DNA of 50,089 nt from NCBI GenBank assembly GCA_964620415.1, contig CAZUHD010000002.1:1-50089 (forward strand), in the 5' to 3' direction. A model generated the notes under the pieces. The model made no database searches. It saw nothing but the letters and a program-made list of their open reading frames with translations, and had not been told where the DNA came from. Shown here piece after piece: positions 9,910 to 19,897 of the stretch. Both the position numbers and the translations under genes were made by a program. Source of the stretch: an uncultured Clostridium sp. (GTDB taxonomy: Bacteria > Bacillota > Clostridia > TANB77 > CAG-508). Position 1 is the stretch's first letter. The number at the start of each line of letters is the position of its first letter.

Positions 9910-10644
9910 TTGAAAAAATCAGATAAGTTTATATATTTTTTGATAAAAGTAATAGGAATAATAGCTATAATAGGAATATCATACTTTATAATTTTTTCCA
10001 TAATGAACTTAATGAACACAACAGAATATTCGAAAATATTGATAGATATGAATATATATAGACCTTTTTATACTGTTTTAAATTTTATAACTAATTTGGC
10101 TATACCTTTATTTTTAATTATATTTTTTATTGCTATACCATATTTAATAGTATCTATTATTTTATGTATTGTTTTTCTAAGAAAATATATTAAATATAAT
10201 GGAGAAAAGAAAAATCAAATTAGAAAAATAATTATATTAGAAATATTAGCAACATGTTTTGTAATAAAAGGTGTATCATTATTTCCACTGACTAGCCAAT
10301 ACGAAATAAAGATAGATTCTAAAATAGATGAAATATCAAATACCGAAGTTAGAGAATTTTTAAAAAGAGAACTACCTGGAAATAAATATATTTATAAAAT
10401 AGAAATCCAACAAGGTTTTCCAGATGACTATAATTTAAAGATATATTATCAAGATAGAGCAAAAAAAGTAAAAAATGTTTTCTTGTCAGATAATTATTAC
10501 GATTTTATAGATAGAAATGCAAAAGATTTAACAAATGAATTAAGCATTAAATCAATTGCATTAACTTCAATAGGAGATATATTGTGCATTTATTCTTTTA
10601 TATATGTATTAAGGGAATTTAAGAGAATATCAATAATAAATTAG
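9910..10644 (+). CDS. Hypothetical membrane protein (TTG start)
   Basis: 244 aa with 4 hydrophobic helices followed by a soluble domain. GAAAGAGG RBS upstream of the TTG. Confidence 0.45.
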   Translation: MKKSDKFIYFLIKVIGIIAIIGISYFIIFSIMNLMNTTEYSKILIDMNIYRPFYTVLNFITNLAIPLFLIIFFIAIPYLIVSIILCIVFLRKYIKYNGEKKNQIRKIIILEILATCFVIKGVSLFPLTSQYEIKIDSKIDEISNTEVREFLKRELPGNKYIYKIEIQQGFPDDYNLKIYYQDRAKKVKNVFLSDNYYDFIDRNAKDLTNELSIKSIALTSIGDILCIYSFIYVLREFKRISIIN

Positions 10645-10897
10645 AACTAAAAATAAAAGGAGATTAAAATTTTATAAAAAATAGTTTCCTTTTAAACTTT
10701 GATATTATATGATTTTTTTAGTGCAATATTATTGCAAGATTTAATATAATATTTGTAAGGATTAATATTTTTTATAATTTTTTTAAATATTTTTCAAGGT
10801 TTATCGGCATTACCATTATTTAATTCTTCTTGTATGTTTTTTATATCATATTCATAAAGACATTTAGATCTATATATTCCTTTTCTGTCAGCTTTTC

Positions 10898-11362
10898 CTA
10901 TTTTTTATTTGTTGCTTCAATTCCTATATGATATAAATCTATCATATATAATTTAAAAATGCCATTTTCATTTTTTATATAAAACTGTATTTCTTTATCT
11001 ACACGATTTTTAAATTTTAAAATTATTTCTTCTTTTTTTATTTCCCTGTTGTTAATAATACTTAATATTTTTAGCATTCTTTCATATTTTAACACACTTG
11101 TTTTGCTATCTAATTCATCTGCTTCAAATAAATTTTCTAATTTTTCTTTACTTTTATTTATCCTTTTACAAATATTTTTTTATTGAATATACTTATCACA
11201 TTCTTTACTTTTTACATAATTTGTAAACTCTAGATCCTTTATATGTGTGGATTTAAGATTATTATTAAAATCAAAAGTTTTATACTCTCTTGATACAAAT
11301 CTAGGATTATCATATCTGTTTACTCTTATTTGAATGGAATTATTTTTTGAAAACCTATTTCC
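10898..11362 (-). pseudogene. Decayed gene downstream of the Panacea/SocA-like gene: one continuous frame with no start codon and an in-frame TAA
   Basis: The minus-strand frame is open from 11362. It reads GNRFSKNNSIQIRVNRYDNPRFVSREYKTFDFNNNLKSTHIKDLEFTNYVKSKECDKYIQ, then TAA at 11180-11182. It continues KNICKRINKSKEKLENLFEADELDSKTS and runs into track ORF 10898..11095. There is no ATG/GTG/TTG in the first 60 codons. Confidence 0.45.
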
Positions 11363-11837
11363 TTACATATTCTTCTATTATTTCTTCCTTATTAATTACC
11401 TTATTATGAAATTCATCATCATAACTAAAATTGTTTATCCAAGCTGTATCATTATGTGACACATCTACTAATGTGAAATCTCCTGTTTCAAACAATTCTT
11501 TAAGTAAATCATCTATAAACTCTTTTAACTTCTCTTTTCCTTCAAATAAGTTTTCATCATAATATTGTTCAAGATTTTCTGCATGATACACTGCTGGGAC
11601 TACGGGACCGTATACCCATGCCTCTATATCATCGTCGAATAAATATTCGCTAAAATTGTCGTAACGTTCTTCAACTGCATCAGAATACTTTTTTGATTTT
11701 CTTACAGTTCCTCCCCAATATGCAAATAAAAAATATAATGACTTTTGTAATTTTATTGGTGAAATCTCTTTATGTTTCTCTTCATAATATTTCTTTTGTA
11801 TATATGCAGCTAGCTTTTTGACATCTAATTCTGCCAT
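11355..11837 (-). CDS. Panacea-domain (DUF4065, SocA-like) putative antitoxin
   Basis: 160 aa. ISPIKLQKSLYFLFAYWGG and WVYGPVVPAVYH fit the DUF4065 signature (KLQKLLYF...G.V...). Confidence 0.7.
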   Translation of the reverse strand: MAELDVKKLAAYIQKKYYEEKHKEISPIKLQKSLYFLFAYWGGTVRKSKKYSDAVEERYDNFSEYLFDDDIEAWVYGPVVPAVYHAENLEQYYDENLFEGKEKLKEFIDDLLKELFETGDFTLVDVSHNDTAWINNFSYDDEFHNKVINKEEIIEEYVRK

Positions 11838-12053
11838 AAAAATCCCTCCTTATATAGGCTTATTTTATTTTTGAACAATAGTCAATAAATTATAAAAAAA
11901 TGTAATGCAAATATATTTCTTGTAATATTGTTGTAATATTATATCATATCTTAAAAAAATATATTTTTTTCAATATAGAGTCCGTTTCTTTATTAATATT
12001 TTTTATAATTTTTTCGATTTACATTTTATTTTTATTACATTCATTTTATTTAG

Positions 12054-12902
12054 CTACTTCTTATCAAAAATCTTCAAATAATAGGGTTGTATATCTCCAA
12101 CATATTTATTGAAAAATAAAATATTTCCATCTACATCTTGAATTTTCAAATTGGGAAAAGTTTTAATCATTTTCTCATCACTAAAATATTTATAGATAAA
12201 ATTAGCTCTCTTTTCATTACCATATATTTGGCTATACAATTCATTAGTCACATATTCCTTATTTGAAACATTTAAGTCATATTCATATATTTTTCTAACA
12301 ATAAATGCCTTTAGTGCAAACATCGTAATTAAAAAGTCAAGTAACAAAAGCAAAGTTGCAACTATTGTAGCAATTTTTAAAATCTTTATTTGTTTTTTAG
12401 CTGCTATTCGATCAATAAGTTTCTCTATTTTTGGATGAAAAGACGTCATAAAATATACTGCTAAAAAGCCCCAAAAGATTGAAAAATATACGCATATTCG
12501 CCCATTTATATTTAAAGGCATATGAGAATAATCCCACCATTTAACATGAAAGATTAATTCTCCTATTAAACTAACCAAATATTCCACTACTGAGCCTACT
12601 ATAAAACCACCTATAAATAATTTATTAGTGCTTTTATTAAAATGCTGTAAAGATAAAATTAATACAACAGCTCCTAATCCATATATTGCACAAAATGGTC
12701 CATATAAGAAACTCTGTCTACTTTCCCATACGCCCTTTGTTATAATTCCAAATATTGTTTCAACAATATATCCTAAAATACTATAAACAATAAAATAAAC
12801 TAATATTCTGTATATACTAACTCCCAATATTGTAAATCTTTTTTTCGGCTTATTAGTTTCTACATCTCTTTTTTCTAAAGTTTCCTCCATATGTCTCTCC
12901 AT
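12054..12902 (-). CDS. Polytopic membrane protein, putative ABC-transporter type IV (DUF1113/PF06541-like)
   Basis: 282 aa. YILGYIVETIFG, WESRQSFLYGPFCAIYG and WWDYSHMPLNINGRICV resemble that family. Confidence 0.55.
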   Translation of the reverse strand: MERHMEETLEKRDVETNKPKKRFTILGVSIYRILVYFIVYSILGYIVETIFGIITKGVWESRQSFLYGPFCAIYGLGAVVLILSLQHFNKSTNKLFIGGFIVGSVVEYLVSLIGELIFHVKWWDYSHMPLNINGRICVYFSIFWGFLAVYFMTSFHPKIEKLIDRIAAKKQIKILKIATIVATLLLLLDFLITMFALKAFIVRKIYEYDLNVSNKEYVTNELYSQIYGNEKRANFIYKYFSDEKMIKTFPNLKIQDVDGNILFFNKYVGDIQPYYLKIFDKK

Positions 12903-12918
12903 TCCTATAAATCAGCAA

Positions 12919-13374
12919 TTAATCTTTAATTAATTGCTTTATCCACGTTTTCTCCTTCAAGGAAATTTTACCATCTATTGAGCAAATTAGTAAACATACT
13001 GTAATTGCATCTTCTTTAAGTTCATCAGACAACTGTTCAAAAATATCAACCATAGTATTAACAATATTTTTTATTTCTTTTTTCTCTTTAAATGAATTTC
13101 TAACCGCTTTTTTACATTCTTCATAATTTACGTCTTCTCCAAAAAATACATGTAATAATGGATAAATTAAAAGATATTCTTCTTCTGATAATTTTCCGTC
13201 AGCAACAACTGAGCCAATAATAAAAGTACAAAATGCTAAATCTCCTTCAATACCATTATCTGTAATTAGTTTAAGTTTTGCTAATAATTTTACAGATTTA
13301 GCTTTCAAAATTGCAGTATAATCGCTACTGCTTAAATTATCAACTTCTTTACAAATCAAATCAAATTTTTTCAT
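12919..13374 (-). CDS. TerB-like (tellurite-resistance/DjlA N-terminal fold) protein
   Basis: Two copies of the pattern ..VVADGKLSEEEYLLI.. and ..ICSIDGKISLKEKTWIKQL... I place the start at the ATG at 13374, which follows GGAGG, not at the track start 13395. Confidence 0.55.
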   Translation of the reverse strand: MKKFDLICKEVDNLSSSDYTAILKAKSVKLLAKLKLITDNGIEGDLAFCTFIIGSVVADGKLSEEEYLLIYPLLHVFFGEDVNYEECKKAVRNSFKEKKEIKNIVNTMVDIFEQLSDELKEDAITVCLLICSIDGKISLKEKTWIKQLIKD

Positions 13375-13416
13375 ATATTCTTTTCCTCCAATCATATTTA
13401 AAACAATTTTGTTCTA

Positions 13417-14121
13417 TTAACCATTTAATAATTTTACTTCTTTAGTTTGTGAAGATTTGTTAACATCCATATCATGTTCCAATTCATCAATTAAGTTACT
13501 ACCTAATTTAGACATTCTTTCATCAAGCTTTCTTATCATTTTAGCTGCATCTTTTAATTCTTTTGAAATACTTTTAGGTAGTTCATCTGGATACTTGTAT
13601 TTTATTTTGTGTTCTAAACTAGCCCAAAAATCCATAGCAATTGTTCTTATTTGTATTTCCACCTTAACATCTGCTGTTCCACTTGCAAAACTAACTGGAA
13701 CTGATACAATTAAATGATAACTTGAATAACCACTTTCTTTTGGGTTTTTTATATAATCCTTTTTCTCAATAATATTAATTTCTTTTGACAAATCAAACAT
13801 CTCTACTATTTTATATATATCTGGTATAAATGAGCATACAATTCTTATTCCTGCAATATCATTTAAATTCACAAGCATACTATTGTATGTAACTGGATAA
13901 CCTTTTCTCTTTAATTTTTTTATAATACTTTCTGGCGTTTTAATTCTTGTTTTTATGTGTTCTATCGGATTATATTTATATAACATTTGAAATTCATCAC
14001 TAATAATTGATACTTTTGTTTCAATTTCTTTTAATGCAGAATTATACATAAGCATAATTTTTTTAAACTGTTGTTCCTTTTCTTTTATAAAGTTAACATC
14101 ATATATTTTATTTTCTTCCAT
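13417..14121 (-). CDS. Small alarmone synthetase (RelQ/RelP-type GTP pyrophosphokinase)
   Basis: 234 aa. DIAGIRIVCSF, SGYSSYHLIV and EIQIRTIAMDFWASLEHKIKYK form the RelA_SpoT synthetase core with no hydrolase domain. Confidence 0.85.
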   Translation of the reverse strand: MEENKIYDVNFIKEKEQQFKKIMLMYNSALKEIETKVSIISDEFQMLYKYNPIEHIKTRIKTPESIIKKLKRKGYPVTYNSMLVNLNDIAGIRIVCSFIPDIYKIVEMFDLSKEINIIEKKDYIKNPKESGYSSYHLIVSVPVSFASGTADVKVEIQIRTIAMDFWASLEHKIKYKYPDELPKSISKELKDAAKMIRKLDERMSKLGSNLIDELEHDMDVNKSSQTKEVKLLNG

Positions 14122-14156
14122 AATCTTAATTTACAAAATTAAATCTCCTTCCTATA

Positions 14157-16044
14157 TTATTTTGTCATAATTTCACACATCAAATTGCTTATTTCAGTTG
14201 GATTTTCAATTGTTAGCCCTTCAATAAGTCTTGCTCCGAGCATATAGAACTTTAGTATATTTTTTTAACATTTCTTTATCATTTTTATATAAATCCTTTA
14301 ATTTATTTGCTATTTCATGATTTTCATTTATTTCTAATACAGTTTGAGCTTTTATTCCTTGATTATTTGGCATTTGATTTAATGTTTTTTCCATTTCTAC
14401 TGAAACTGCTCCTTCAGAAGTTAAGCATACGGGATGATTTTTTAATCTGTGTGTAAACCTTATATCTTGTACTTCATCTTTGATTACTTCCTTCATTACA
14501 TTAAACATCTCTTTGCTATCCTCATTTGCTTTTTTTAATTCTTCTTTTTCCCCATCTGTATCTAAATCCAAATTATCACTCGAAACATTTTGGAATGTTT
14601 TTTCTTTATAATTTGCTAATGTTTGTAAAACAAATTCATCAATATTTTCTGTTAAATATAATATTTCCAATCCTTTATCTTTTAATAATTCTACCTGTGG
14701 CATCATATCTATTTTATCAATTGTTTCTCCACACGCATAATATATAACTTTTTGTTCATCTTTCATTCTTTGAGTATATTCTTGTAATGTTACTAATTTC
14801 TTTTCAGTCGAAGAATAGAAGAGTAACAAATCCTGTAGTTTATCCTTATTCATTCCATAATCGCTATATGTTCCATATTTTAATTGAGTTCCAAATATAT
14901 TGAAAAATTGCTCATATTTATCTCTTTCATTCTTTAACATATTTTCTAATTCTGTTCTAATTTTATTTTCAATATTTCTTGAAATTACTCTTAAACTTCT
15001 ATCATTTTGTAACATTTCTCTTGATATATTTAATGATAAATCTTCACTATCAACTAATCCTTTAACAAATCCAAAATAATCTGGTACTAATTCAGCACAT
15101 TTATCCATAATTAAAATACCATTACTATATAATTGTACCCCTTTTTCATAATCTTTGGTGTAATAATCATAAGGCAAATGTGAAGGAATATATATTAAAC
15201 TATCAAAGTTGTATTGTCCCTCAGCATGATTATGTATTACTTTTAAAGGTTTATCATAATCATGGAATTTATCCATATAAAAATTTTCATATTCTTCATC
15301 TTTAATTTCTTTCTTGTTTTTCTTCCATATTGGAGTCATAGAATTTACAATTTCAGTTTCTTTTATTGTTTCATATTCATTTTCAGTACCTTCTTTTTTC
15401 TTACTATGTTCTACTTCCATCTCAATTGGATATCTTATATAATCTGAATATGTTTTTATTATTTGCTCTATTCTATAAGTATCTAAAAATTCGCTATATT
15501 TTTCTTCTTCAGTATCATCTTTGATATAAAGTGTAATTTTTGTTCCTGTATCCTTTTTTTCACACTCTTCGATTGAATATCCTTCTACACCTTTTGATGT
15601 CCATTTATATGCTTTTTCAGAGTCAACTGACTTACTCTCAACAGTAACCAAATTACTTACCATAAATGATGAGTAAAAACCAACTCCAAATTGTCCTATA
15701 ATATCAATATCTTCTTTCTTTTCGTTTTTTTCTTTAAATTCTAAAGATCCGCTTTTTGCAATTGTTCCTAAATTTTTATCTAGTTCTTCTTCTGTCATTC
15801 CGCATCCGTTGTCCGTTATAGTTAAAGTTTTAGCGACTTTGTCTATATCAATTCTTATTTTTAAATCATCTTTATTTACATTTATGTTTTTATCAGTTAA
15901 TGAACGATAATACAATTTATCAATTGCATCACTCGCATTTGAAATTAATTCCCTTAAAAATATCTCTTTATTAGTATAAATTGAATTAATCATTAAACCT
16001 AATAATCTTTTTGATTCTGCTTTAAATTGTTTATTTCCCATCAT
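14157..16044 (-). CDS. htpG: Hsp90-family chaperone HtpG; full length needs a +1 shift at the in-frame CGG codon (14236-14238)
   Basis: N-terminal [15 protein letters not shown] and [13 protein letters not shown]. Track ORF 14221..16044 ends ...VLYARSKTY*. The +1 frame reads [26 protein letters not shown] (stop at 14157-14159), which is the canonical HtpG C-terminal helix. The total of 1888 nt is 629 codons plus 1 nt. Confidence 0.9.
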
Positions 16045-16552
16045 TATTCCCTCTTTCTATATAATTTTTTAATTTATCAGATTCATTTATAAATATATCT
16101 ATTTCTGAGTCAAAAATATCTGTTCTAATTTCAGATTTTGACTTTTTTTCAAGTATTTCTCTTAGTATCTCAAATGCTTCAATTGTAAAATGTCTATATT
16201 CATAACTATCATTTATATCTACACAATCTAATGATTCAATTAATTCAAAAGACTTATCTAAAGCTCCAAGCAGTTCCTCTAATAATTCTTGAGGTATTTG
16301 TGAATTATTACTTTTATAATATATACCTAAATACATTCTATACTTAGAATATATTTTGTTAAAATCTATATCTATATTTTGTTGTTCTATATATTTTTTT
16401 ACAAAGTAAAGGTAATATGCTTTAATAAATATATATGTTATTGATTGATCTATGTTTTGAAACTCTTTAAACCTATCTAAAACCTCATAAATAGTATCTT
16501 CTGTCATATCAAATATATCACTTGAAAAATTATCTATATCTATTTCCTTCAT
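16031..16552 (-). CDS. Hypothetical acidic protein, overlaps the htpG start by 14 nt
   Basis: 173-aa ORF translationally coupled between the FtsH-like gene and htpG. No recognised family. Confidence 0.5.
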   Translation of the reverse strand: MKEIDIDNFSSDIFDMTEDTIYEVLDRFKEFQNIDQSITYIFIKAYYLYFVKKYIEQQNIDIDFNKIYSKYRMYLGIYYKSNNSQIPQELLEELLGALDKSFELIESLDCVDINDSYEYRHFTIEAFEILREILEKKSKSEIRTDIFDSEIDIFINESDKLKNYIERGNNDGK

Positions 16553-16570
16553 AGATTAACCTCCTCTCAC

Positions 16571-17752
16571 TTATCTTCTCAATTTTCTTAAATTGATATT
16601 ACAATTTGTTTTCTTTCCTGCATTTATTATATTATCCATAGAAATAGTATCTCTTTTTTCTGAAATTGCTTCCATTGCAGCTTCGTTTAATACAGTTTCA
16701 ACACCTGAACAGCTTAATGTTTCAAAACTTTCAGCTAGCTTTTCTTTATCTATATCCTCGGCTAATTTTTTCTTTTTAGTATATAAATCTATTAATTTCA
16801 TTCTTGTTTCAAAATCTGGGTTTGAAATATTATATCTTAAATCAAATCTTCCTGGTCTGATTAATGCAGAATCCAAAGAATTATATGAATTTGTCGCTGC
16901 GATAACTAATATTCCATCTTGTGTTTCGAATCCATCCATTTCATTAAGCATCGCAGTTACAATTCTATTGTTTTCCTTGTCTACTCCTGTACCTGCATAA
17001 TTTCTTCTTTCTCCTATACTATCAAATTCATCTATGAAAATTATACATGGCTTATGGCTTTTAGCTTTTTTAAATAATTGTTTAATTTTTCTAGCTCCCA
17101 TTGACATCATGGCACTTTGAAAATCAGCACCTTTAGTAGCAATAAAATTAACATTCATTTCTTCTGCTAGTGCCTTTGCAAATAATGTTTTACCATTACC
17201 AGGATTTCCTTCAAATATTATTCCTTTTGTTTGTCTTATACCTATATTCTTGTATTTTTCTGGATTTTTTAAAATATCAACTATTTGTCTCATATCTTTT
17301 TTTAGTTCATCCATTCCAGCTATGTCATCAAATGTTACTTTCGTATGTCTAATTACTTTAAATTTTTTTTGATTCATTTCATACATTTTATATAAAACAA
17401 ATATTATTATTCCAAAGAAAAATAAATAAAATAATATATCAAAAATAAATGCAATATTTTCCTTGTCAGAATTAACCTCAACATTAATTCCATGTAGTAA
17501 TAGATCTCTTTCTAGTCCATCATAATTTGGATTATCTGTATAATATAAGTTTTCATCATTGTTTTTAGAAAATTTTACTTTGTTATCTTCTATCAAAACT
17601 GATTGGATATTATTATTTTCAATTTCGTTATTAAATTCTTTATAGCTAATATATTGTAAGTCTTTGCTTTTAAAAACATTAAAAAGTACTATTGCTAATA
17701 ATATTATTATAATAATTAACATTACAATTATTTTTTTTGTTTTTGATTTCAT
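16571..17752 (-). CDS. FtsH-like membrane AAA+ ATPase lacking the M41 protease domain
   Basis: 393 aa in the order TM, FtsH_ext-like segment, TM, AAA module. Walker A GNPGNGKT, Walker B IIFIDEFD, and SRH ATNSYNSLDSALIRPGRFD. The protein ends after the AAA lid and has no HEXXH. Confidence 0.8.
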   Translation of the reverse strand: MKSKTKKIIVMLIIIIILLAIVLFNVFKSKDLQYISYKEFNNEIENNNIQSVLIEDNKVKFSKNNDENLYYTDNPNYDGLERDLLLHGINVEVNSDKENIAFIFDILFYLFFFGIIIFVLYKMYEMNQKKFKVIRHTKVTFDDIAGMDELKKDMRQIVDILKNPEKYKNIGIRQTKGIIFEGNPGNGKTLFAKALAEEMNVNFIATKGADFQSAMMSMGARKIKQLFKKAKSHKPCIIFIDEFDSIGERRNYAGTGVDKENNRIVTAMLNEMDGFETQDGILVIAATNSYNSLDSALIRPGRFDLRYNISNPDFETRMKLIDLYTKKKKLAEDIDKEKLAESFETLSCSGVETVLNEAAMEAISEKRDTISMDNIINAGKKTNCNINLRKLRR

Positions 17753-17797
17753 TATATAACACCTTCTTGATATTTAATTTTTATTTGCATTGTATTT

Positions 17798-18493
17798 CTA
17801 ATCATTTCTACTATTTCTATTACCTCTTACTAAAATAGACAATAATCTAACAAATATATTTATGAAATCTAAATATAAATCCATTGCACCATATATATAT
17901 AATTTTTCTGTATCATAGCTAATATAATTTTGCATATTTTGTATTCTATTCATATCATAAGCTGTTAGCCCACAAAATACGGCTAGCATTACCCAATCTA
18001 AAACTATGTCTATCACTCTATTTCCTATAAATAAATTAATAATAGACATTATAAGTCCTACTATTAAAGCTACTGAAAATACTGTACTTAATTTAGTCAT
18101 ATCTCTATTTGTTGTTTTTCCATATAATGCAAGTCCACCAAATAGTAATGCAGTTGTTAAAAATGCTAATGATATTGTATTAATATTATAGCATGCAAAA
18201 ATTGTCCCCATAGTTAAACCATTTATTAAAGCATAAACATAAAATAAAACTGTTACTGCTGTTGGTGATAATTTTCTAAACATAAATGAAAAAACTACTA
18301 CTACAGCAACTTCTACTACTGCTAAAATAGCATATGAAAACCCAGAATATAACATCATAAATAGTCCTGATTTATATGTGATATATGATGTTATCGCAGT
18401 AACTAGTAATCCTAGAAACATTCTTGAAAAAGTTTTAACCATTGTTTCATTTGTATTATACATACAATTATTATAATTTCTTATTCCTTCCAT
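17798..18493 (-). CDS. Bax inhibitor-1/YccA-family membrane protein
   Basis: 231 aa with 7 hydrophobic helices and a charged tail. FMRKVY-like SRMFLGLLVTA start and YLDFINIFVRLLSIL end. Confidence 0.75.
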   Translation of the reverse strand: MEGIRNYNNCMYNTNETMVKTFSRMFLGLLVTAITSYITYKSGLFMMLYSGFSYAILAVVEVAVVVVFSFMFRKLSPTAVTVLFYVYALINGLTMGTIFACYNINTISLAFLTTALLFGGLALYGKTTNRDMTKLSTVFSVALIVGLIMSIINLFIGNRVIDIVLDWVMLAVFCGLTAYDMNRIQNMQNYISYDTEKLYIYGAMDLYLDFINIFVRLLSILVRGNRNSRND

Positions 18494-18592
18494 CTTTATT
18501 TAATCCTCCTATCTTATAATAATTAAATTATAATCTTAATATAAAATTTTATTAAGAGTAATTTATCATTTTAAATTTTTTTGTCAATATTT

Positions 18593-19723
18593 TTAACCGC
18601 CTTGATTAATAATAATTTTACCATTATTATTTTTTTCTTTCAATTTTTTATCTATAAATTTATTAAACATCTTATAAATAACTGATGCTGTTGGAACACC
18701 AAGTAGCATACCAACAATTCCAAATAGTCCTCCTCCAACTGTAACTGCAAGTAGCACTAGAAAACTAGGTAATCCAATATAATTTCCTACAACTTTCGGG
18801 TATATCAGTTTTCCTTCTACCTGTTGCATAATTAAAAATATAACTATAAATGTGATTACTTTTTTGATATTAGCTGATGCAATTAGCACACAACCAATTG
18901 CCGCTCCTAAAAAAGCTCCAACTATTGGAACTAAAGCTGTTACCCCAATAAATATACTTATTGGCACAGCATATGGTATTTTTAAAATTAGCATACTAAT
19001 CAAACATAGCAGTCCTAATATAGCCGAATCTAAGCATTGTGCAGTTATAAATTTTCTAAAAGTCACATTTATTTGACGCATTACATAACGGACTTTAGTT
19101 ACTATTCTTTTACCAAAAAAAGCATGTAATATTCTTATACTTCGTTTTTTTATTCTCTCTTTATCAACTAATATATATATTGCTAAAATAATAACTACTA
19201 TTAAATTTGTAAAATATCCTAATACATTACCCACAGCTGAAATTGAAAAAGTAACTATTTGCGGAATTTGATTTTTTAAATTTTCTAAATTTATATCTGC
19301 TTCACTAATTGTATTTTTTAAATCAGGGAATGTATTTTCTAATTGTGCCAATATTTCTTTTAATTTTTCATTATAATAAGGTATATTATCAATTAATAAT
19401 CTTACGATATTGGCTAATTCTGGAAATATTAATTTTACTATAAGAAATAAAATTAACACAATAACTGAAATAGCAAATATGATGGATATATACCTAGTTA
19501 TTTTGTTTTTCTTGTTTTTTAAAACTTTCTTTTCAAAAAAAGACATAGGAATATTTAATAAAAAAGCAAGACAAGAACCTAATATAATTGGAGATAAAAC
19601 ACTTAACAATTTACTTATTAAATTTCCAATAACTGATAAATTATTTATACACCAAAATACAATAACTGTAATTAGTAAAATTAAAGCTATTTTCTTGTAT
19701 TTCGCCTTTTCCTCGTTAAACAT
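18593..19723 (-). CDS. AI-2E family transporter (PerM/YdiK-like)
   Basis: Polytopic protein with a C-terminal GLPSFLVLLAVTVGGGLFGIVGMLLGVP block. I place the start at ATG 19723 (MFNEEKAKYKK), which follows GGAGGAG. The 32-codon track extension to 19819 lacks an RBS and looks non-coding. Confidence 0.8.
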   Translation of the reverse strand: MFNEEKAKYKKIALILLITVIVFWCINNLSVIGNLISKLLSVLSPIILGSCLAFLLNIPMSFFEKKVLKNKKNKITRYISIIFAISVIVLILFLIVKLIFPELANIVRLLIDNIPYYNEKLKEILAQLENTFPDLKNTISEADINLENLKNQIPQIVTFSISAVGNVLGYFTNLIVVIILAIYILVDKERIKKRSIRILHAFFGKRIVTKVRYVMRQINVTFRKFITAQCLDSAILGLLCLISMLILKIPYAVPISIFIGVTALVPIVGAFLGAAIGCVLIASANIKKVITFIVIFLIMQQVEGKLIYPKVVGNYIGLPSFLVLLAVTVGGGLFGIVGMLLGVPTASVIYKMFNKFIDKKLKEKNNNGKIIINQGG

Positions 19724-19797
19724 TTTTCTCCTCCATTTTTGTTTTAAAATATAATAGTATCTTTTATAATATTTGTCAATTCTGTTTTTATGCCTAT

Positions 19798-19836
19798 TAT
19801 AACAAATAAAGCAAATCAAAAGTAGACTTGCTTTAT
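19798..19836 (-). terminator. Candidate intrinsic terminator closing the T4SS-like locus
   Basis: Minus-strand RNA reads AUAAAGCAA-13 nt-UUGCUUUAU followed by UUGUU. Stem arms are plus 19806-19814 and 19828-19836. It sits just upstream of a TATAAT for the AI-2E gene. Confidence 0.45.
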
Positions 19837-19897
19837 AAAATTCACTATATCTTTTGTTTTTTCAACTCTTTTCTTACTTACAATCCAAATCAATCTA

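Noticed and set aside
19724-19819. N-terminal extension of the AI-2E transporter ORF (MICFICYNRHKNRIDKYY...)
   Set aside because: It has no RBS and overlaps the promoter/terminator region. A strong GGAGGAG RBS precedes the internal ATG at 19723.
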